Assembly: GCA_937902875.1 (NCBI GenBank)
Contig: CALFNL010000322.1
Location: 1-62,942, forward strand
DNA length: 62,942 bases
From: an uncultured Bacteroidota bacterium
Lineage (GTDB): Bacteria > Bacteroidota > Bacteroidia > Chitinophagales > Chitinophagaceae
Direction: 5' to 3'
The translations under genes and the position numbers were made by a program. Position 1 is the stretch's first letter. Each line of letters opens with the position of its first letter. Under the pieces are notes generated by a model that worked only from the letters and a program-made list of their open reading frames with translations, was not told the origin of the DNA and searched no databases. Below, piece by piece: positions 56,836-62,942 of the stretch.

Positions 56836-56909
56836 ATTAAACAGGAATAGAAAAACGGATAAACGCAGGCAAAGATGCTGGTTTCCTGATTATAGCAAAT
56901 ATGGCAGAC

Positions 56910-57338
56910 TCATTGGCCATCGCTTTGCGAATCTCCGTTATTGTTCAGTTCCTTAAATTCATGACCGCAATTAAAACAATGATATACTTTGTTTGGAGCG
57001 ATGGCATAGCTGCCGATCAGAAATGAAAGGATGGCGCTGAACCAATTTGAGGCCTTCCTGGAGGTACTGATGAATTCCACATCATTCGATCCACAGTTCG
57101 GGCATTTAAAAAAGGCTCTCTTTTCGCGATCAAATCCTTCCAGAAGTTCCATGGCTTTAGGAGCGTCCTGTTCACGAACCGTGAGCTTAATGCCTCCGAT
57201 GGCATTGCTGAGTATGGGATCAATAGTTACTGTGTATTCATCTCTCAAGAAGCCCTGAACGCCTTCGCTCTGGAGTCTCCCCAATGTGATATTGGCGTCA
57301 ATATAATTATCAAAACTGCGGACTATGACAAAATTCAT
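56910..57338 (-). CDS. DUF2007-domain protein with C-terminal zinc-ribbon-like CxxC pairs
   Basis: The N-terminal VIVRSFDNYIDANITLGRLQSEGVQGFLRDEY is DUF2007-like. CPNCGS ... CFNCGH flank one hydrophobic helix. Confidence 0.6.
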   Translation of the reverse strand: MNFVIVRSFDNYIDANITLGRLQSEGVQGFLRDEYTVTIDPILSNAIGGIKLTVREQDAPKAMELLEGFDREKRAFFKCPNCGSNDVEFISTSRKASNWFSAILSFLIGSYAIAPNKVYHCFNCGHEFKELNNNGDSQSDGQ

Positions 57339-57481
57339 TTGATGAATTTAAAGAATCCCCAACAAACCAGGTCAGTGAAAAATGGCCTCGTCTCATCCAA
57401 GGTAAATAAACAATTGATCCTGCAACTTCCGTGAAGGGGGAATGCAAGTGGGTAGAAAACCAATTAGAAATTAATTCGGGA

Positions 57482-58597
57482 TTATTGGTTCAGCATCAAA
57501 GGCATTACAAGCATCAGCAGGTCTTCATTTTCGTCCTGCTCAACAGGTTTAATGATGCCGGCCTTCGTTGGAGTTGATAATTCCATTCGCACTTCTGTGC
57601 TGTCTGTGGCGTTTAGGATTTCAACCAGGAATTTTGCGTTGAAGGCTATCTGCATATCTTCTCCTTTATACTGGCAACTCATGCGTTCGGTTCCTTCAAA
57701 GCTAAAATCAATATCCTGGGCAGTCAGTTGCAATTCACTTCCACTGATGCTTAATGCAACCTGATAGGTGCTCTTATTGCTGAAGATGCTAACGCGGCGC
57801 AGCGCACTCTGAAAGTCTGCGCGATTTACGGTCATCAGGTAGGGATTATCAACCGGGATCACCACTTTATAATCCGGGAAGCGGGCGTCGATGAGCCGGC
57901 ATACCAATTGGGTTGATCCATGATCCACAAACAGATGATTGCTGTTATAAGAGATCTTGAGTACATCTTCATTATCGGGCAATGCCGATTTCAAGAGGTT
58001 CAGGGGTTTTTTGGGAACGATGAAACTGTCATTCGCCGGGCAACTGGCATCCTTACGGCGGTAGCGCACCAGCCTGTGAGCATCTGTGGCAACAAAGCTG
58101 AGCCCCTTTGGATCCAATTCGAAATAAATGCCGGTCATGGCGGGTCTCAGATCATCATTGCTAACGGCAAAAATGGTCTTGTTGATGGCTGTTAAAAGGG
58201 CCGAAGATGCGAGTTCAAATGAATTGGTATCGTCGGCCATCGGTTCCTTGGGAAAATTGTCAGGATTTTCACCCATCACTTTATACTTCCCATTATCGCT
58301 GGTGATCTCTATGGCAAAATTCTTGTCAATATTGAAACTAAGTGGCTGATCCGGAAGATTTTTCAGGGAATCCATCAGGATCCTGGCGGGGATGCAGATT
58401 TTGCCGCTGTCCTTTGCTTCAATATCCATATGAATTTTCATCACGGTTTCCAGGTCAGTAGCAACAACCGTCAGTCTATTTTTCTCAATCTCGAACAGGA
58501 AGTCCTCCAAAATGGGCAACACCGTATTGGCACTTATTACCCCGCTGATTTGGAGTAATTGCTTGAGCAGGGCTGACGAGGAAACGATGAACTTCAT
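57482..58597 (-). CDS. dnaN: DNA polymerase III beta sliding clamp
   Basis: MKFIVSSSALLKQLLQISGVIS...LPILEDFLFE. Three-domain length (371 aa) with C-terminal ...LLMLVMPLML. Confidence 0.95.
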   Translation of the reverse strand: MKFIVSSSALLKQLLQISGVISANTVLPILEDFLFEIEKNRLTVVATDLETVMKIHMDIEAKDSGKICIPARILMDSLKNLPDQPLSFNIDKNFAIEITSDNGKYKVMGENPDNFPKEPMADDTNSFELASSALLTAINKTIFAVSNDDLRPAMTGIYFELDPKGLSFVATDAHRLVRYRRKDASCPANDSFIVPKKPLNLLKSALPDNEDVLKISYNSNHLFVDHGSTQLVCRLIDARFPDYKVVIPVDNPYLMTVNRADFQSALRRVSIFSNKSTYQVALSISGSELQLTAQDIDFSFEGTERMSCQYKGEDMQIAFNAKFLVEILNATDSTEVRMELSTPTKAGIIKPVEQDENEDLLMLVMPLMLNQ

Positions 58598-58615
58598 AAT
58601 TATGCAATAAGTTTG

Positions 58616-58623
58616 GCAAATAT
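58616..58623 (-). promoter_or_regulatory. -7 promoter motif TAnnTTTG for dnaN
   Basis: The minus strand reads TATATTTG, 19 nt upstream of the dnaN ATG. Confidence 0.4.
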
Positions 58624-59009
58624 AGATTAAGGGATCATAAATCTAAACCGAATTTTCTAAACGATATCAACCACTATTCCACTAACTTATCAATTCTGCA
58701 AAGGCATATCCATGAAAGATCCGGCGCAAAAATGCCAGGTCTCCGAAAAAGCGTTTTGCCCAGGTGGGGGATGGTTATGAAATCTTATAAACCGTTCTAT
58801 TTTTTATATGCCAGTTTTAGAATGGCGAAAGGGAGGAAACCCGAAGCCAGAGATAGAAAAATCCCTTTGGAGCAACTGGGGTTGAATTTGGAAGAAATCA
58901 AGGGGAATCTGGCATGCAGCGCGCAGTCCATCAATTCCTGAATTTCACATAACTTTACCGTCCATTTCCCCATTCAATATCCCCGCGGCCTCCAACTAAT
59001 TTCGAAATC

Positions 59010-59492
59010 ATGATTCCTAAGAGAAGCCTCACAAAAGAACAGGCCATACAGAAAGCAAAGCATTATTGTGCTTTCCAGGAAAGAACCCATATTGAAACAA
59101 AAGAGAAATTGTATTCTTTTGGGCTGCATAAAAACGAAGTAGAAGAAAGCATGGCTCAACTCATTGAAGAAAATTACCTCAATGAGGAAAGGTTTGCCAT
59201 TCAATTTGCCGGTGGCAAATTCAGAATGAAGCACTGGGGGAAAATGAAAATAAAATATGCGTTGAAAGAAAAGAGGATCAGTGATTATAATATCAGGAAA
59301 GCATTGGAGGAAATTGATGAGGATGAATACCGGCAACAATTGCAAAAACTGGCGGTGAAGAAGTGGAAGAGTATGAAGACAGAAAAAAATTCTTACCTGA
59401 AATTGCAGAAAGCGAGGGACTATCTGATCCGGAAGGGTTATGAATCCGGATTGGTGATGCCGGTGCTGCGCAAGCTTACAACCGAATCCTGA
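59010..59492 (+). CDS. recX: recombination regulator RecX
   Basis: AKHYCAFQERTHIETKEKLYSFGL...EENYLNEERFAIQFAGGKFRMKHWGKMKIKYALKEKRI is the typical RecX three-helix repeat pattern. Confidence 0.85.
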   Translation: MIPKRSLTKEQAIQKAKHYCAFQERTHIETKEKLYSFGLHKNEVEESMAQLIEENYLNEERFAIQFAGGKFRMKHWGKMKIKYALKEKRISDYNIRKALEEIDEDEYRQQLQKLAVKKWKSMKTEKNSYLKLQKARDYLIRKGYESGLVMPVLRKLTTES

Positions 59493-59546
59493 AAAACCTT
59501 GTTTGAATATTGGAGCCGGATATTTTGAGAAAGAAGCAGGAATACC

Positions 59547-60536
59547 ATGAAAAAAATTATTCTCCTGATTTATGCCATGGGGTTGTTATTGAGTTCAGAC
59601 GGAGTTTATTGCCAGGGAATTGTGGATGAATCTGTTTACAGCAGCGAAATTCAATTGGTCACCGATAATGACAATTACCTGCTGAATATGACCGATGGGT
59701 ACTATACCAATGGCTTTTATCTTTCTTACGGCTTCATACACTATGATCGGAATCAGGCCTGTAAGATCAAGCCGAATACCAGCAAGATCATTTACCGCTT
59801 TGAAACGGGGCAAATGATCTTCAACCCTCAGAATTACGACTCCTATTCTAACGGAAATGTGGACAGGCCCTATGCCGGCTACCTGTTTGGGAAAATGGAG
59901 CAGACCAGATTCTTCCAAAATGAAAATTTGCTCACTGTTGGGTTTTCCATGGGCACTATCGGGGAAGCTTCATTAGCCAGAAGGGTTCAGGTAACCTACC
60001 ATAAACTTCTGGGAATACACCACCTGGAAGGTTGGGAAACGCAACTGAACAATAGCCTGACGATGAATGGACATCTTAAATATGTTCAGCACCTTATTGG
60101 GAGAAAACAGCAACCCATATTCGATTTGTCGGCCATCGGAAATCTGAATGCGGGAACAGCATTTGATAATCTTTCGGCGGGATGGGTGATGCGTTTGGGA
60201 AAATTAGAAAGGAATGATCAATCTGCCATTTGGCATTCAAGACTGAACAAAATTCAAACCCGCTATGCACGCATTTCTGAGCTTTTCTTATTCTTTCAAC
60301 CTGAATTATTTTATCAGATATATGATGCAAGTTTACAGGGTGGCATGTTCCTCAGGAATAAGGGTCCCATTACCTCGTCCCCAATGCCCTGGTTTTACAG
60401 GCATCGAGCGGGCTTTTACTATGCAAAGAACAGATTCACCTGCTCGATGGCTTATGTTCATCAAAGCCGCCAGGCAAGAAGCATGAAGGGGAATGATGAT
60501 TATGCAAGCATTTCCGTTTCTTATCGGTTTAATTAA
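59547..60536 (+). CDS. LpxR-family (DUF2219) outer-membrane lipid A deacylase homolog
   Basis: Signal peptide. The N-proximal LVTDNDNYLLNMTDGYYTNGFYLSY matches the D-N-D...D-x-x-Y-T-N-G signature I recall for LpxR/DUF2219. Beta-barrel-like C-terminus ...ISVSYRFN. Confidence 0.6.
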   Translation: MKKIILLIYAMGLLLSSDGVYCQGIVDESVYSSEIQLVTDNDNYLLNMTDGYYTNGFYLSYGFIHYDRNQACKIKPNTSKIIYRFETGQMIFNPQNYDSYSNGNVDRPYAGYLFGKMEQTRFFQNENLLTVGFSMGTIGEASLARRVQVTYHKLLGIHHLEGWETQLNNSLTMNGHLKYVQHLIGRKQQPIFDLSAIGNLNAGTAFDNLSAGWVMRLGKLERNDQSAIWHSRLNKIQTRYARISELFLFFQPELFYQIYDASLQGGMFLRNKGPITSSPMPWFYRHRAGFYYAKNRFTCSMAYVHQSRQARSMKGNDDYASISVSYRFN

Positions 60537-60615
60537 CCAGGAACGGGCCCTTGAGCACACTTGAATGCTATGAATCCAGTTATATTTTTATTACGAATGA
60601 ATAATTTCGAGAATT

Positions 60616-60649
60616 ATCAGGCTATTGAGATAAGAAGAAATAGCCTGAT
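60616..60649 (+). other. 11-bp perfect stem-loop downstream of the LpxR-like gene (no U-tract)
   Basis: ATCAGGCTATT (60616-60626) pairs with AATAGCCTGAT (60639-60649), with a 12-nt loop. Confidence 0.6.
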
Positions 60650-60687
60650 GCACTGAACTCAAAACTTCGTTCAGGCCGAATATGACT

Positions 60688-60695
60688 TAACTTTG
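60688..60695 (+). promoter_or_regulatory. -7 promoter motif TAnnTTTG for yafV-nagA
   Basis: TAACTTTG, 38 nt upstream of the ATG at 60733. Confidence 0.4.
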
Positions 60696-60732
60696 CTTCC
60701 TTTAAAATTAAATTCTAACAGGTTCGATTTTC

Positions 60733-61563
60733 ATGTCAACCCTCAGCATCACTGGCATACAGGCAAATCTGCACTGGAAAGACAAAGCAGCGAATCTTAA
60801 GATGTTCGGCGAAAAAATAGATTCCATAGAAGGGAGGGCGGAGATCGTAATTCTGCCGGAGATGTTCAGTACGGGATTCGTAATGCAACCCAAAGGCCTT
60901 GCAGAGCCCATGAATGGCCCAACCATAGAGTGGATGCGCAAAAAATCGGAGTCCAAAAAAATAATCATTGCCGGAAGTGTAATCATTGAAGAAGAGGGGC
61001 GATATTACAACCGGCTGGTTATGGTGTTACCCGATGGACAATTTGGATACTATGATAAACGCCATCGATTTGCTTTTGCGGGGGAAGATCAGAATTATAG
61101 TGCTGGCAAAAAGAGGTTGATTGCATCCATAAAAGGCTGGAAGATCAATTGCCAGATTTGCTATGATCTCAGGTTTCCGGTCTGGGCCAGGCAAACAGTA
61201 TCATACCTGCCTCAAAACGAAGAGGAGCCGCAGCTTGGGGATAAGGCTCCACCCGAATACGACCTTTTGATATATGTAGCCAACTGGCCGGAGCGTCGCA
61301 TACTCGCGTGGGAGGCGTTATTGCAGGCAAGGGCGATAGAAAACCAGTGTTATGTGGCTGGCGTGAACCGGGTTGGAAACGATGGTGAAAATATTTATCA
61401 CAGCGGACGTTCTACGATAGTAGATCCTTTGGGTGAAATCCTGTACAAAGCCGGAGAAAAGGAGGAGCTGTTCACCTGTGTTCTCAGAAAAGACAGGCTT
61501 GAGGATATAAGGACAAAGTTCCCTTTTTGGAAGGATTCCGACGATTTTAAAATCAAGATTTAA
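60733..61563 (+). CDS. yafV: carbon-nitrogen hydrolase family omega-amidase (YafV-type)
   Basis: Collinear with E. coli YafV as recalled: VILPEMFSTGF, YDKRHRF, CYDLRFPVW (catalytic Cys), YVANWP, ARAIENQCYVAGVNRVG, FPFWKDSDDF. Confidence 0.85.
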   Translation: MSTLSITGIQANLHWKDKAANLKMFGEKIDSIEGRAEIVILPEMFSTGFVMQPKGLAEPMNGPTIEWMRKKSESKKIIIAGSVIIEEEGRYYNRLVMVLPDGQFGYYDKRHRFAFAGEDQNYSAGKKRLIASIKGWKINCQICYDLRFPVWARQTVSYLPQNEEEPQLGDKAPPEYDLLIYVANWPERRILAWEALLQARAIENQCYVAGVNRVGNDGENIYHSGRSTIVDPLGEILYKAGEKEELFTCVLRKDRLEDIRTKFPFWKDSDDFKIKI

Positions 61564-61572
61564 TAAGACTGC

Positions 61573-62676
61573 ATGCAAACTGCATTTACAAACGCAACTA
61601 TTTATACCGGCCATAGTCGCGAACAGGGTAAAGCCATCTTGGTTGGAGATGGCCTGATAGAAGGCCTTGTAGAGGAGAATGCTATCGATGAAGGATATAC
61701 GATAAGGGATCTCGGCGGTTTGAATATTGCGCCGGCCCTTGTTGACCTTCAGATATATGGAGGTAATGGCAAGATGTTCTCTTCGGAGCTCAGCCTGGAA
61801 GCATTGTCTTCGGTTTATAAGTATTGTCTTGAAGGCGGCTGTGCTCATTTCATGATCACAATGGCCACCAACACAATAGAAAAGTTTCTGAAGGGAATGG
61901 AGGTAGTGAAGGAATATTGGAAGCAGGGAGGCAAAGGCGTTTTGGGGCTGCATATGGAAGGACCTTATCTCAACCCCGAAAAAAAAGGGGCTCATATACT
62001 ATCCTGCCTCAGGAAACCGACTTTGGAGGAAGTGAGAATTTTGCTTGAAAAGGGAAAGGATGTGCTCAGGATGATGACGATTGCTCCTGAAGTCTGCGAT
62101 GAAAAAATCATTGAGCTCTTGCTGGAGCATCAAATTATGGTTTCGGCCGGACATAGCAACGCCTCATATTCACAGTGCATGAAGGCCTTTGAAGCGGGAA
62201 TTCCTTTGGCCACCCATTTATTCAATGCCATGTCTGCTTTCCAAAGCCGCGCGCCGGGGATGGTAGGCGCCATTTATGACGATAAAAAAGTAAGAGCAAG
62301 CATCGTGGCCGACGGGGTGCATGTGGATTATGCCGCCATACGTATCAGCAAGGCCATCATGGGAAAGAGACTGTTCCTGATTACGGATGCGGTGACGGAA
62401 GTACTGGAAGGCGAATACCAGCACCTGTTTAAGGGCGACCGATATACCCTGCCGGATGGAACACTTTCAGGTTCTTCGCTTACTATGATGAAAGCCGTTC
62501 GGAATTGTGTGAATAATGTAGGTATTGATCTGGCGGAATCCCTGAGGATGGCTTCCACCTATCCGGCACATCTCCTGAAGCATGGACCCAGGCTTGGGAA
62601 AATCGAAAAAGGATATGCGGCCGATTTCATGCTGTTTGACGATCTGCTGAATATAAAGGAAATGATACTCGCCTGA
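61573..62676 (+). CDS. nagA: N-acetylglucosamine-6-phosphate deacetylase
   Basis: DLQIYGG, GLHMEGPYLNPEKKGAH, SAGHSNA, THLFNAM, ITDA. 367 aa. Confidence 0.92.
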   Translation: MQTAFTNATIYTGHSREQGKAILVGDGLIEGLVEENAIDEGYTIRDLGGLNIAPALVDLQIYGGNGKMFSSELSLEALSSVYKYCLEGGCAHFMITMATNTIEKFLKGMEVVKEYWKQGGKGVLGLHMEGPYLNPEKKGAHILSCLRKPTLEEVRILLEKGKDVLRMMTIAPEVCDEKIIELLLEHQIMVSAGHSNASYSQCMKAFEAGIPLATHLFNAMSAFQSRAPGMVGAIYDDKKVRASIVADGVHVDYAAIRISKAIMGKRLFLITDAVTEVLEGEYQHLFKGDRYTLPDGTLSGSSLTMMKAVRNCVNNVGIDLAESLRMASTYPAHLLKHGPRLGKIEKGYAADFMLFDDLLNIKEMILA

Positions 62677-62687
62677 TCCAATTCTTG

Positions 62688-62942
62688 TTAGGGCCGGTTG
62701 TTAATTTCAACCATTTCCTCCACTGCTTTCATTTTTCCATCAATGCCTTTTCTTATATTTTCAACTGTGGCCGGCACAAAAATATCGGGTTCTACTCCCC
62801 TGCCATCTTTTAGAACGTGCTTATATTGTACTATCCTGAATAGAGGAATCCTGACGCGCATTCTGGTGATGGGTAAAATTACATCAGGTATCATAATGCC
62901 ACTATTGCCATACCAACCGCCACCCGCTTCTTCGCCCACCAA
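62688..62942 (-). CDS. S41-family (tail-specific/C-terminal processing) peptidase, C-terminal fragment; N-terminus beyond window end
   Basis: VGEEAGGGWYGNS...GRGVEPDIFV resembles the C-terminal conserved block of S41 peptidases. The ORF is open to the window edge. Confidence 0.55.
   Translation of the reverse strand: MVGEEAGGGWYGNSGIMIPDVILPITRMRVRIPLFRIVQYKHVLKDGRGVEPDIFVPATVENIRKGIDGKMKAVEEMVEINNRP

Noticed and set aside
58831-58848. GGGAGGAAACCCGAAGCC in the 412-bp dnaN/recX spacer, which superficially resembles the RNase P RNA P4 motif GAGGAAAGUCCGGGC.
   Set aside because: The other universally conserved RNase P blocks (for example the AGGGUGAAA...GGUAAGAGC and ACAGAA segments) are absent from the spacer. 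I also found no convincing DnaA-box cluster there.
61318-61995. 225-aa minus-strand ORF spanning the yafV-nagA junction.
   Set aside because: It overlaps two confidently identified plus-strand genes. Its translation has no motifs and has random-looking composition.
1-62942. Window-wide scan for CRISPR arrays, tRNA/rRNA/tmRNA genes, integrases, transposases, phage genes, toxin-antitoxin pairs and known defence systems.
   Set aside because: I found no regularly spaced repeats, no cloverleaf-compatible segments in the intergenic gaps I read, and no ORF with recombinase, transposase or phage motifs. An Infernal/tRNAscan and DefenseFinder/PADLOC run would be the decisive check.

Overview
62.9-kb chromosomal segment that looks like ordinary Bacteroidota core genome, probably Chitinophagia or Sphingobacteriia-like. 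Taxon pointers are a Rho with a long N-terminal insertion, IPExxxVDY and DUF2480 family proteins, and repeated exact TAnnTTTG -7 promoter motifs just upstream of start codons. I support about 55 protein-coding genes. They include housekeeping genes (rho, asnS, mnmG, ybeY, nadA, nadD, dnaN, recX, kdsB, nagA, corA, feoB, feoA), a 2-selenouridine pair (selD-selU) and assorted membrane or secreted proteins. By eye I found no rRNA, tRNA, CRISPR array, integrase, transposase or phage gene, and nothing I can defend as a complete novel multi-gene system. The observations most worth a second look are: (1) a 569-bp non-coding spacer (46819-47387) with one perfect and several near-consensus DnaA boxes plus an AT-rich tract, a candidate oriC; (2) a 10-mer present four times in alternating orientation in a convergent intergenic region (11676-11820), giving nested or alternative hairpins; (3) a perfect 16-bp inverted repeat that exactly brackets one CAP-domain gene between ybeY and mnmG; (4) a secreted clan-CD (caspase-like) protein with an unassigned N-terminal domain; (5) a chromate-transporter gene split by a frameshift. 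All functional calls rest on motif recognition from the translations, and no database search was possible.
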